The translations under genes were made by a program, and so were the position numbers. The notes beneath the pieces are model-generated. The model searched no databases, was not told the DNA's origin, and saw only the letters and a program-made list of their open reading frames with translations. A DNA stretch of 64,000 nucleotides. Source: Guillardia theta CCMP2712 (taxonomy: Eukaryota; Protista; Cryptophyta). This document shows positions 1-11,335 of this stretch, one piece after another. Positions within the stretch are counted from its first letter, which is position 1; every line of letters starts with the position of its first letter. The DNA lies in the NCBI RefSeq assembly GCF_000315625.1, contig NW_005434670.1:492054-556053 (forward strand). The letters run 5' to 3'.

Positions 1-1066
1 TGCGAGGACCCGTTCCGTGCTGCCAAATGCAAATCTCTGCATTGCAATGTCGGCGCTCATTGTCAGTTTCACACGGCTGGGCCTGAGCATGAGAGTTACA
101 TCGCCGAGGAGGGGTCGCAGATATGGCGGGGACACCTTGTTCTTGTCTACAAGACGAACAAAGAGGTTATTCAAGCTGCAAACCGGTTGAGAGATCTAGC
201 GTCCACGGACTTGAAGGGAACAGCCATGACCGTCGAAGATGAAGATGGCGTCCTGCGCGTTACGTGTCCCTTTGGAAACAAATTTATTCTCAGAGAAGCG
301 ACAAGACATGTAGGTGAACACGATCCTGGAGCCGGAGGTTGACTGTTACCCTCCCTTCTAGGAGGCCGAGGGCTTGGACGAGAAGAACGGGAGGAGGAAA
401 GGTTCGGAGGGATCGGAGCCTCTTGGGATCGCATCAGTCGTGCTCCCCTGTCCTGATGGAGCGGCAAAGGTGGAGGAGTGGAGTCGGTTGCTGTCGCCCT
501 GACTTGCTATGACAGGAGGTTGCGGACTTCTACAAGTCCTACCTCAACATGAAGACAAGAGTGGAAGGACGGAAAGCCATCATCGAAGGAGGACTTGCAG
601 GTTGCCAGGTGAGTACGTGCATGAACTTGTGGCTGCAGCTTCTCAGCGGGTGGGGGTTGACCTGCTTTGATGTCAGACCATGGAGTATCATGAAACGCAG
701 GAGATGCCGGCGTACACAGGAGATCACATGTGTATGTACATCTCAGACTTCGAGAGGTGAGGATGGTTGGGAGATGCAGGCGTTTGACCAATGAAAGTTA
801 GCGTGTTCAACAAGTGTCTTGATGCTGGACTCGTGTGGGTGAACCCAAGGTTCGTGCACCTGGACGAGACGCGATCATGGGAGGACGCGGTAGGTCGACC
901 TCAGTAAAGATTCTGGCTGATTATGAGGACGCAGCTCAAGTACAAGCAATTCCGCTTCAAAAGTATCCTCGGGCAGGATGGGAGAGTGATCATGGAGCAG
1001 GAGCATGAGGTTCGCATGGTAGAGCATCCAAGTTTTCCGCTTGGCACATGTGCGGAGAAGCCTTGA
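1..1066 (+). CDS. VOC/glyoxalase-like protein, 5'-partial, multi-exon
   Basis: Spliced reading gives ...SQIWRGHLVLVYK...LRVTCPFGNKFILRE...YTGDHMCMYISDFE...VWVNPRF...QFRFK...EQEHEVRMVEHPSFPLGTCAEKP* (TGA 1064-1066). The VOC fold is inferred from the CPFGNxF and HxCxY motifs. Confidence 0.5.
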
Positions 1067-1372
1067 AGCTATCAGCATATGGCGCGAACATGACTGCCAA
1101 AGCTGAGTTTGATCGAAATGACAATATGAGTGATAGATGTTGCCAATGGATGTCGATCAATTTTCAAAAATATTATGCGAATGTTTGCCCGTACTTTCTG
1201 ATGACACACACTTGCTACTACATGTTCGCTCGACGCTTCAACTTCACTTCGCTTGAGAGCATCCTAGACGTAATCCGGGTCTCATCGTAGTCACCTTGAC
1301 CGTCAGCAGCTGAACGAGGGATGCCGAAAGGAACAGGGGCGCGAGCGAGGGAGTTGTAGCAAGGTCTTTCCT

Positions 1373-2739
1373 TCACCTTACAGCTTTGAGGACCCAAATG
1401 TTAAAGAGCAGCGTAGAGTTTGGAGGGACCTGCCAGCCTTTCAGCCAAGTCGGTCGGCCAGCCACAATTTCTCGAACCTCTCTGATGAAACCTCGTCGTT
1501 TCGGCGATCCCTGTTCGCCGTAGCCGAGCTCCGGAGGGACGATAAAGCTTTTGCGCTCTCCGATCTTTGAATATGAGAGTCATCCAGCAGAGCTCTCCCA
1601 TCCTATCTTACCCGCATGCCCTTGAGACCTTCCCTGAGTCCTGCAGTTGAGGCCGTCAACCTTGATGGGCATCTCAGCAGATAGTTCACCAGGGATGAGT
1701 GTCGACTTGTCCACGTTCACCAAGACAGAATCAAGCTGACATGCCGAGAGCGTCACCATTCTCGCAAGAGAGAGCTCTGCCCAGACCTGAAACAATCGCG
1801 GGTCTCTGTTGCTGACGTCATAGTACTTGCTGGACTTGCTTTGCGGATCAAGGTAATCTTTGATCTGCTGCTCGGTCGCTGCTCCTAGGATGTAGCTGCA
1901 ATCGTTCAATAGGGAGCACTCGAGCTGCCCGTTTATCTCACCCAGCACAGATGATCTGGATGTTGCTAGTCCCCTGAGCTTCGGTGGGGAAAGGAGCCTG
2001 AGTAACTACCTCCTTCATCTCTGACGCATCCACAACAGGCTTCTCAGCTTGTCAGCAGGTCGAGGGCAAGCGCAGACCTTCAAGGGGTGGGAGAGGCTTC
2101 ACTTTGAGGCCTGACGGAGTCGACGTATACCCATCGACAGTCGGAGGGAAGTCGTACCTGAGAGCACGGGCGTTAGACCAGTGACGACCCTTGAAACCCA
2201 TCTGACTCTGGCTCACCACTTGTCCGTAGTCTGCTGCATGCAGGGCTCTGGTGGGAAGCAACTCAGCCTGGGGAGCCACACGTCGCCTGCCTGAGGTGAA
2301 GCATGTCTGTCAGACAGAGTCCCCTCGACCTACCGCTACCTTGATCCTTGCTAGAGTGTCCTTCCTCTTCGACGTCCCAGTCACTATCTCAGTGATTCCA
2401 GCGTGCGCGACCTGAGGGAAACCTTCAGGACCTTTGGAGACACGATGCGATGATGTGAGGATACATCTGGAGATAGAGAGTAGATTATGCTCGCTCCAAG
2501 CAGCGTGCTGAGAGCTCGCCGGGACATCCGATCGCTCTTATCTCCCTCCATCTGCATATTCCACTTTCGCACATGGGCCTGTATGCAGATTTCACTAGAC
2601 ACGTGGGAAGATCGCATGACCAGAGCAGTACCGTCCTGACTCCTGATGAGAAAGAAGGACGAGACAAGAGCTGCGCAAAGCCTGTGGCGCCCGGGGCTCT
2701 CGCCACCAGCACCAGCGCCAGCAGCAAGACGGCCTTCAT
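1373..2739 (-). CDS. FKBP-type peptidyl-prolyl isomerase, predicted plastid thylakoid lumen, multi-exon
   Basis: Spliced C-terminus LIPGLREGLKGMRIGERKSFIVPPELGYGEQG...VPPNSTLLFNIWVL is the FKBP signature, and GYTSTPSGLK lies upstream. N-terminus is signal peptide, then TG-F, then a twin-Arg motif SRRAL...AHA. The middle exons are not fully resolved. Confidence 0.85.
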
Positions 2740-2949
2740 GCTCCAACCTGCGCATCCAGCGTGACTCAAACTCAACGTTCCATTGAGCCCTTGGGACCTC
2801 TACCTCCTACCGCGTGTGACACGTACGCCCTCAACTCTGACACGTGCACTTGTCTACTTTTCCTCTGCGGCTTGTAAAAATTGACAGCAAAACATCCTGA
2901 TCCTCCACGCGATGGTCCCACGATCTTCGCTTCATCCGTGGACATCTTC

Positions 2950-3077
2950 TCTGCTCCTGCCCCTGCTGATACACCTCATCCTGCTCCTGCTCCTTCTCTG
3001 ATGCAACTGCTCCTGCTCCTAAAAGTGCCTTCTGCTCCTGTTGCTTGCCCTGCCCCTGTCCCTGTCCCTGTCCCTGT
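2950..3077. repeat. Degenerate CCTGCT/CCTGTC hexamer low-complexity tract, probably 5' UTR or intron of the FKBP gene
   Basis: Runs of cctgct and cctgtc are directly visible. Confidence 0.6.
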
Positions 3078-3164
3078 CGTTCATCGATATATCCTACTTG
3101 CATTTTCAGTCGGCGGCCACTGTTTGTGGTTGGGTGGGTGGGGGGATGAGGGAGGACATGGAAG

Positions 3165-3600
3165 CGGTGGCCGGGCCCCGGGCCGGGCCCCCGCCTCAGC
3201 CTGCTGCCGCCGATTATAACCTATCGGGCCGGGGCACTAGTACGAAGAGTACGGTAGGCTATCAGGAAGTGACCGTCGGACGGCGGCCGGCCCGCCGAGC
3301 GGCTCACCCCGCGCCCCCCCCGGCGGGGCCCGGCGGCCGGTCACCGGATGATGATGATGATCAGGACCGGCCGCGGATCATGTCTATGTTAGGGGGCCAC
3401 AGTCTGAGTGGCACTGCGGCAAGCCTGGCAGTGGCAACATCCAGAAGCTTCTACGTTGTCGCCACGCAACAACTTGGCAAATCCACCATCAACTTCGGCG
3501 GCTCCGAGGTGCGGCAGTGGCAGCCTGGGTTCTGAGTCCAAGTGCCGCTGAGGGCTGAATCCAGGCAGCCTGATGGCCACCAACGGGGGCACCGCGGCGG
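3165..3600. promoter_or_regulatory. Type A GC-rich palindrome-mosaic island upstream of the FKBP gene
   Basis: CCGG/GGCC dense. The string ccgggccccgggccgggccc recurs at about 7280. A regulatory role is inferred from position only. Confidence 0.45.
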
Positions 3601-3808
3601 TTGGCCAACAGTCGGACCGCCTCTGAGAACCCAGCGCAGTGGATCGATTTCCGTGTCTTGTATTCGTGTTTCTACTGCCTTTAGTCTACTCTAACCAAGT
3701 TTGTTCTTCTCCGTCTTTCTTGAGAGACGTGAGCCGTTGCATAGATCCAGCTGTTGACGGGAGAGTCTTGAAGTTCCTCGTGGAGCAGACCAATCAGACC
3801 TCTTCTAT

Positions 3809-4600
3809 TCAGATGGTCCAGACAACAGTCCCACCGAATATGCCTCCAGGGCTGTACGACAGTGCCTTGACAAAATCGCTCCAGATCGCAGAGTTCTGCC
3901 CAGCCTCCATGTGAGCTGCGCAACCCGCATCACCGCGATATATCTCGACCAGGGAGTAGACCTTGCTCCCGGTCTTGCCCTCCTCCGGATTGACAGGATT
4001 CACCAGCTCCTCTGTCTTGCTCCATGCGAAGTAAAGGAGACGAGGTTCTGTATCACCAGTGATGTGATGGGTCTCGTTCATGAAGTTCGTGTGCTCGACT
4101 ATGAACTTGTCCAGGAAGGTCTCCTCCTCATCGTTCGTCGCCCGGAAGTAGCCATGAAAGCCCATTGTGCCCTTGGTGATCGAACTGTTAATGTTCTGAA
4201 TGGCAACCTCCATAGTTCCGATAACGCCTCCGAACATCAGCGCAACCTTGCAATACGCACTGATCATCTCGACGAGCTCCTTGAACAAGTCTCCGGTCTT
4301 CTGTCCGAGCTCCATGTGCTTGGCACACCCTTCCATACTACGATAAGCTTCCACCATCGAGTACATGGTGAATCCCGTAGTCCCCTGGCTCGGATCCAAA
4401 TTGTTCACCAACTCAGGTGATCGCATCACATGGTACGAGATCACAACTGGCTCTTCAGTGCCAGAGGTTGGGTGAGTTTTTCGCATGAAAGCCTGGTGAC
4501 CATCAAAGAATTTGTCTACCTTATCAGTCGCCGCATTGGGCACTCTGAACAGAACACAGAATCCCTTGCAACCAGGTTTCAGCTCCGGTACACTTTCCAT
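3809..4600 (-). CDS. Intronless 263-aa protein with two tandem copies of a ~120-aa domain (dimeric alpha+beta barrel-like, function unknown)
   Basis: Both halves share GFxxxFR, DKFxxxHxxFMxxTH, EP, ELVN..PxxGxTG, YSxVExYR, GCAxHMExGQ and FGG. The ATG at 4600 follows an AG acceptor-like site. Confidence 0.85.
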   Translation of the reverse strand: MESVPELKPGCKGFCVLFRVPNAATDKVDKFFDGHQAFMRKTHPTSGTEEPVVISYHVMRSPELVNNLDPSQGTTGFTMYSMVEAYRSMEGCAKHMELGQKTGDLFKELVEMISAYCKVALMFGGVIGTMEVAIQNINSSITKGTMGFHGYFRATNDEEETFLDKFIVEHTNFMNETHHITGDTEPRLLYFAWSKTEELVNPVNPEEGKTGSKVYSLVEIYRGDAGCAAHMEAGQNSAIWSDFVKALSYSPGGIFGGTVVWTI

Positions 4601-4723
4601 ATCTAAGAGGAGAGGGACTTGATGTCTCAACAACAAACACGGTGGGCTGACCAGCAAGCAAAGAAGATGCTTGATGAAGCCTGTGCTGCCTCTCACGGTG
4701 GGGACTTGCGCTGCAAGTCTTCC

Positions 4724-4730
4724 TTTTATA
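4724..4730 (-). promoter_or_regulatory. TATA box candidate (TATAAAA) for the 3809-4600 gene
   Basis: TATAAAA on the minus strand, about 125 nt upstream of the ATG. Confidence 0.4.
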
Positions 4731-5004
4731 GTAGCCCATCACGACCCCTCGGATCCTCCGAAACTGGTCACTTTGAACCCCTCCGAGCTACTAGGCTAGT
4801 CACTTCAAGTTGCGACCCTCGGGGTCCGCCGAAATAGCTAAAATGAACTTTGGAAACAAAAGGGGTGCAGTAAGTTGGACTATGACAGTAACAAACATTA
4901 TCCGTAAGAGTCGGAAAGACTTCTTTTCAACTGAGTGTCGGTTGCAAGCTTTCTCCTTGCATCGCTTTACTATCAAAAATCGCGCCTCTTCACTTTCTGT
5001 TGGC

Positions 5005-5240
5005 TTGAGCCCGACTAGGCTGCAGTAGTACTACTGAGCGCCGCTAGGAGTAGGGGGCCGACACCGAGGGCCGCATCGTCCGTACCTGTCACCGTCCATA
5101 TTTCCAGTCCGAAGGTCACGTAGTACCGCAGTACCGTAGTAGTGACTACCGTACGGTATCACTGAGTCATCGACTCTCAGGCTCGCCAGTCACGGCGCGG
5201 CGTACTCCGACCGTACGGATGGCGGTCACTGGGTATAACT
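5005..5240. promoter_or_regulatory. Type A palindrome-mosaic island
   Basis: Perfect palindromes cagtagtactactg (5023-5036) and taccgtacggta (5147-5158), plus ctgagtcatcga shared with about 6830. Confidence 0.45.
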
Positions 5241-5377
5241 TCCTAGTTAGGCTATCTTTATTCGGAGGCCGGGAAAAAGGAAAAATTAAAAATCTGAGGT
5301 TGTCGAAGTTGCACTTTATTCGAGCATTTCAAATTTTCGAAAATTAAAAGGTTCCCGCGCACCAGGGAAGTGGCTCC

Positions 5378-5697
5378 ATGCAGGCACCAGCGGGACCAGG
5401 CAGCATGAAACCCTCACAAGCCAAGCCTTACGGGAGGCTTATTGCATGTCTTACGTTCCTTGATGTGTCAGATGGAGGACTACGGAAAATTACAGAGTTG
5501 CATGTCTTACTTGAAGAAGCATATCCTAAGCATGTTCGTGATTTCCTCCAGCAGCATGGCAGTGAAATACCAGGTTTGACAGAGGAGTTGTTGTTGTACA
5601 AATCAAGAAATCAGCCATGGCCAGGATCCAGTATCATGGAGTTTTACCATGATACTAAAGATTTGATAAACAACCGATACAATCCCGAATTCCTTGT
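5378..5697 (+). pseudogene. Truncated second (convergent) ORF of the Harbinger element
   Basis: Protein-like sequence MQAPAG...INNRYNPEFL starts 130 nt inside the putative TIR and runs into the antisense of the transposase 3' end. Harbingers normally carry a second gene. Confidence 0.4.
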
Positions 5698-5699
5698 GA

Positions 5700-6760
5700 A
5701 TTGCAATCATGTGAATTGCAATACCATCATATTCCTCATCCTCTCTGTTTTCAACTTCAACCTGAACATCGGCGGCTTCTGCATCCTCTCTGTTTTCAAC
5801 TTCAACCTGAACATCGGCGGCTTCTGCACCATCCGACGTCTGTGCATCATGCGCAAGTATGATGTTTTGAAGAATACAACATGTCACGAACATGTTGTCC
5901 ACTTCATCCTTGTACCAAAAGTTGCACGGTATCTTCACACACCTGAAACGCATCTTCAATCTTCCAAAAAAGCATTCCACATCCTTCCGACATGATTCCA
6001 ATGCTCGAGACCACTGTCGTCTATCAATATCGACTATGTAAGGTAAAGGACATTGTAACACCCTCCAACGGTGATAGCCTTGATCGACCATGATCCACAA
6101 TCCTTTGTGAGTTTGTACACGACCTTCACCAACATACAAGACAAACTCTTCTTGCGCATAACGACCTCCCTGATGCACGGATTGCAAGAATGAATCGTAG
6201 CGTGCAATTGTCTTGTCATGGGAATATGTACACAGTCACATGACGCGATACACCCTGGAAAACCTTTCTTGCGGTACATTTCCCTGGTTTTGAAGATTTC
6301 ATCTGGCGTGGTCGGGGGGTATACATACTTGGGATACTGCTTTGCCATGTTTCGACAGAACTTGTGGAAAAAGTTACGATTGGATGCCTCACATGCCCCA
6401 TTCCCTTCACGGATCATTAATTGTTGAAACTGTACCCTCCTCCTAACACACGCAGAACACCAAGAATCATGAGTTCAAGGGGCGGCATGGGCTGCCCACA
6501 CACGGTGGTGGTCTGATCATCATACTCATTTCTCTTCACGAGCCAGTTTGACAATGTCAAGAAAAACAGGATATGGCAAACGAAAGCTCAGTACGTCTGA
6601 ATTCTTTGGCAGCACGTGACGATGGATCAGCAAGTGAAGGATCTTGCAGGAGCACAGCCCACCTGGATTCTGCATAATTCCTTGGGAGCCGAGGCTGCTC
6701 CTCCACCTTTCGCTTCTTTCGAGCTCGTCACAGTGGAAGAGGTTCAGAGTCATGCAGTGC
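5700..6760 (-). pseudogene. PIF/Harbinger (DDE_Tnp_4-like) transposase pseudogene
   Basis: Motifs spread across frames: FRLPYPVFLDIV, PLELMILGVLRVLG, GFPGCIASCDCVHIP, DKTIARYDSF, IMVDQGYHRW, LESCRKDVECFFGRLKMRF. Frameshifts, stops and a deletion at about 6220. Confidence 0.88.
5737..5826. repeat. Perfect 45-bp direct tandem duplication
   Basis: catcctctctgttttcaacttcaacctgaacatcggcggcttctg at 5737-5781 and 5782-5826. Confidence 0.95.
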
Positions 6761-6814
6761 TCGAGCTTGATGAGCGGAGCCTTAGGTAAACCATCTCAGT
6801 TCTTTACGGTCTCT

Positions 6815-7490
6815 CCTTCCCCGGCCCGTCTGAGTCATCGAGTCAGCTGAGCGCCGGGTACCGTTCACCGGGCCTGGGGTATATGACACTGTCACAGTGA
6901 TAGGCCCTCCCTCCCCGGTGAGGTACTCAGCACGCTACTGAGGCGGTCCGAACGGCGGCCGTCGATCGGATCGCTGGACCGCCGATCGGCGCCGCCGGAT
7001 GATGAGGGCCCGAGGCCGCCGAACTTGCCTTAGTTTCGGTGGCAGGTGACCGTTCCGAACGGTATGGAGTCCGCCGGAACTTCGGATGCCCTCGGAGCCT
7101 TCAAGCCGGTTGCCACTGAGTTCCGTCCCCCGAGCGACCGCGGCGAACCGCCGTTCGACACTGAGGCAGGCTGCGGCAAATTAGGCTTGGCGGCAAGTTC
7201 CTGGCCTTGAGTTTCGAGTTCAGATAGGCGCACCCGGGCCGCCCGGCCGACGGCGATGCCGGATCGGACGGTGCCACTCCCCGGGCCCCGGGCCGGGCCC
7301 GCCACGGTGGTGGCGGTGACCGGCGGCCGCCGCGGGCGGCCGGGGCGTGATGGCCGGGCCCGCCGCCGGGCCCTATCTGATCGCCCGGCCCCTACTAGCC
7401 TGATCTGGGCCCTACTAGGCTGTAGATATTTTACTCAAAGCTAGTAGGCTCATGATCCGGGCTGCCAGTCACTGAGCACTGATCGGACCT
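6815..7490. promoter_or_regulatory. Large type A palindrome-mosaic island with AAGTT/AACTT motifs
   Basis: Dense ccgg, ggcc, gatcggatc and cactgag words, with interspersed gaactt/aagtt. Confidence 0.45.
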
Positions 7491-8153
7491 CACCGGGTGG
7501 GTGTTGGTCTGCCAAACCGTGGCATTGAACTTCGGAACCCCCCCGTCTAGCTAGGATTCGCCTTACATTGACCCTACCCTGCTGACCCTACCCACCCCTG
7601 GCACCCTGGTAGCTCCCCGGAGTCCCCCAGGCGGAAAGTTCATGACCCCCTTGTTTCTTCTGGCTCAGTGTCTACCTTGCTCCCTCGCGCAACTCATCGC
7701 GACACGCGCGTCTACTCCACCTTGCAAGCAAGAGTGCTACTGACTCACTTCGTCTCCCTCTTCTCCTCTCCTCGCTTTTTCTCATGAGAGCCTTTTCCGA
7801 GTTCGTGAAGTTATGACAAGAATATGGCATTTCAACCGATGGCAGGCGTATCAAATTCTTTTCCTCAAGCATCAAAAGCAGCTTCTCTTTACCCTCTCCA
7901 TTGAATCATGAATACTCTCCTATCAAATCATGAGAAATCAGACTGAATGTGATCAGAATGCATGCTTCAATCTGAACAATAAGAGATGAATTTTAAGTGG
8001 AAGCTCGTGCGTTATGTTGTCATTTTGAATGCGACCTGTTCCATGTTTTGACATTGCTGCTGACATCTCCCTTGAAAAATCATCGATTCAATATGGCATG
8101 TCAAAACTGTGAACAATCTTGTCATTGACCTGCTTGCTTTCAGAGCCTTCAAA

Positions 8154-8707
8154 ATGTCTAAAGGAGGAACTGCATTGCAGGTCCTGGATGAAACGTGAGT
8201 GCGAGGGAGCGCATTCCTGGTTGCCTTGCTCTGAAGCAGAGTGTACTTGTATCCAGGTGCTTCATCTGCTACTGTTGCTGCCAAGGATGCGGGTGTGCAA
8301 AATGTAGCGAGCCCAACCTCTGCACCTCAGAATCAAAGCTCCTGTGCTACAAGGCTCACTCCACGTGCGATTGCGTTGGCCCCTGTGGTCCGGAGGGATG
8401 CTACTTGTCGAGCGTCAAGTACTGCTGCTGCTACAGCCACTGCCAGTTTCCGCCCAGCCCTTGCTTCGTGGAGCTGTGCGGACTGACGTTGTGCGGCGCG
8501 AAGAAGGGAGAGAGGTTCGCTCTGTCAGGAGCCGGGAAAGTGCACACGACGGCAGGCAACTTTGGGACGGACACGAGCATGGAGGAGATGCGGCGAGAGG
8601 CGGTTGAGGCGATACAGAGCGGCAACTACTCGAAAGCCAAGGAGCTGTCGCTTCTCTTGGAGGCAGAGGAAGCTTCGTTGAGCGCGCCCAACAGCATGTC
8701 AGCGTGA
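8154..8707 (+). CDS. Cysteine-rich protein with C-terminal UVR-like helical hairpin (copy A)
   Basis: MSKGGTALQ, then a 59-nt GT-AG intron, then SVLVSRCFICYCCCQGCGC...MEEMRREAVEAIQSGNYSKAKEL. A near-identical inverted copy lies at 15688-16241. Confidence 0.75.
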
Positions 8708-8934
8708 TGCCTCCCTCTCAGGATCGCGAAGGTGTGCCGCCTGGTCTTGCCAGGGTTGGCGATCGATGGTTGCAGTTGTGACCCCCCGGAGCTTTACAGG
8801 TTGCACAGACGTCTTCAGCGGGTCATCGGTGACTCCACTGGCATCTTCCCTCTCGGCGACACTCAGTGACACACGGCGAGGGTCACCCGTTATAATGCAA
8901 TGTTCTACTTTAAGTTTCCGTTAGCGATGCCATG

Positions 8935-9295
8935 ATGCTAAAATAAGCTGAGCGTGCAATACCGTACCGTGCCGGCGTGAACCGTTGATCGGACACTACA
9001 CGTGACACTGAAGCCGCTGACTGAGCACTGAGAGGCTTGAACTCAGTTGCCACTCGCCCCACTGCCGGCTCCGAGTCGGACGGTCCCTGAACTTAGCCGG
9101 GTGATTTGATCATCCTTACATGATAGCCTCCTGTTACCCAGTGACTGACTCCGTCCGGCGGCGCCGGGCGGCCCGCCGGGCCGGGGCCGGCCGCGCCGTT
9201 CACGGTGGCAAGTTGAACCCAAGTTCGCCGTTTGATACTTTCCGCGGAGGTCGAAAGTTTAAAACTTCGAACGTGCAAAACTTCGAAAGTTCGCT
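8935..9295. promoter_or_regulatory. Type A island plus AAGTT/AACTT cluster directly upstream of the methyltransferase ATG
   Basis: GC palindromic core 9155-9200, tcgaaagtttaaaacttcga near-palindrome 9251-9270, TGAACCGTTGA at 8978. Confidence 0.5.
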
Positions 9296-9321
9296 GTCTG
9301 TGTCGGGACAAGGCGAGCAGA

Positions 9322-11299
9322 ATGGGGAGGGCATGGAAGGCGCTGCTTGCTGCGATGCTGGCAGGTCTGGGCAGTTGGGCGCGTGAGGAAGAGCAGAAGA
9401 TCGGAGTCAAAGTGTTGGCTCCTCCCGACCTGTCGATCGTTCCAGGAAGCTTTCAGGTTGTCATCGAGGTGCTTCCCTGAGACTCTCATGACGAGGTGGA
9501 GTGATCGATGTGATGGGGGGCAGGTGGCAGGAGGAGATCAGCTAGAGCAAGGATGTTTTGCTACTGTCCTCCTCAACAACCAAGAGGCGGCTAACTTTAC
9601 CTTGGCCAACACACCAGTACAGCAGTTCAAGCTGGACATCACCAAGATCAGGCAGATGGTATATGACTGCGTTGTCGTCGTGATCGGTACGTCGATCGCC
9701 TTGAGAGGAGGCATGACAACTGCTGCGCAAAGGCCCTGGCTCGAACTACCTCGGCGTGTTCGACGTTGTCACTATAGGAGGTCTCAAGGCTCCTCGACAG
9801 CTTTCAGATGGATGACTTGAATGCAGTTCTCCAAGACCTTGACGAAGATCCTGCTTCCAACGACAATGGGCGGCAGTGGACAGAAGAGGAGATCAAGGAG
9901 AGCATGCGGAGGGGGAGGGTGGTTAAACAAGGCAGGAGCGAGCATGCAGATGAGATCTTGGGGTCGATGGTAGAGGACGACGCTCTTGATGAGGAGGAGA
10001 TGGAGTGCGGAGTGAGGTCGCAGGACTCGCATTTGAGGTGAAGAGAGCCCGACGGTGAGTTGAAAGCTGGGGATGAATGATACCTGACGGCAGGGCCTTT
10101 GGTGGTCTTTTGAGACTTTGGCAAGGCCGACGCGTTCAAGCAGGTTGCGTCTCTTCACCAGTCGATGCTGTGCTGGCAGGGAAGGATGACAACCGGGCCG
10201 GGTTCACCGAGAAGATGGTTTCCTTGGCACAAGCAGAGTCTGTGAGTGCTAATTCATCCGTCCTTGTCCTCTTGCGTATCTTAGAACCTGATCTCGACTT
10301 GCCGCCTTCCTCCTCGCAGGACCGGAAAAGACTGGAACAAGTCGAACAGATGCATCGCGAGCTGTATCAGGCAATGAGAGCAGCCTCGCCTGATGATCCT
10401 GCGATGGGTGCGTGCCCTCCTCCTACGCTCTCGGGGTGATGACGATGGATCCATCAGGGATGGAAGGAACGAGCGGACAACTCTATGAGCAGACTCTGCT
10501 TTACCACCTCTTGTCCCTCTCCCAAGAGATCCGCACTGTTTGCGAGACGGTTCAGAGTTCTTGCCTCCCTCGCCAAGCGCTGAGCATGGTGCCCAGGGCT
10601 TCGGAGCGGGTCATAGCGCTGTCACATGGCTGTCTGGGCATGGAGACCTTCGCGTCGTCTCGTTCGATCTGGCCAAACTCAAGTGAGGCCTATTGTCTCG
10701 CTTGACTCGCAGCCTGAGAGGTGTGGCCGCAGGGGGCAGGAGGTTGGAGAGCGCTTCCTCGGGTCAAGGTTCCCTGGGAGACTGGAAGTGGTCCACGGGG
10801 ACTCGTCGTGGACGGTCCCGGAGTTTGTCTCTACCCATCCCGACCTAAAGGTCCTGCCCACCCCTTGGATCGCCTGGCCTGACCGGCACCCCCAGTGCGA
10901 CCTGATCCACGTGGACGGCGGACACTTCGACTTCGTGCCTTGGAATGACATGGTGGAGTTCGGAAGGTGAGGACCTGATCACTGTCGGCGTGCTGCCTGT
11001 TTGTGCACTTTGAGCTGAGAGTGTGAGGCCAGGGCAAGCCATCAGTCTACGATTGTTGTCGTGGACGATGCCCCGTCACTTGGCGATGTGGCCCGTGCTG
11101 TGAAGGTGCACGACGGAACTGGACGTGCATCATGTTATTGACGGGAGAGCAGGTGGCGCAAGAGCGCAAAATCATACAAGAGATTGGTTGCTGGAATGCA
11201 GTGGGATTTGACAACAACACAAAAAACCGTCACCTTCGTGGGTTTTGTGCCTACCATTATAACGTGAGAGCAGTTTTGGCGTTCAGAAGAATGGAATAG
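9322..11299 (+). CDS. Secretory-pathway class I SAM-dependent methyltransferase (Methyltransf_24-like), multi-exon
   Basis: Signal peptide MGRAWKALLAAMLAGLGSWA. Spliced motifs IRTVCET-GFGAGHSAVTWL...VVSFDL, VVHGDSSWTVP, CDLIHVDGGH and IVVVDD. Stop TAG 11297-11299. Confidence 0.8.
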
Positions 11300-11335
11300 A
11301 AATGAATGATTCAATTGTTTAATGACACACTATAT

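Larger units (their letters stand above)
5250..6790 (-). mobile_element. Decayed PIF/Harbinger DNA transposon (internal-deletion derivative)
   Basis: Contains Harbinger transposase motifs. The left end GGCTATCTTTATTCGG is preceded by TTA (the Harbinger TSD type), with a subterminal repeat ctttattcg at about 5314. No matching right TIR was seen. Confidence 0.75.
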
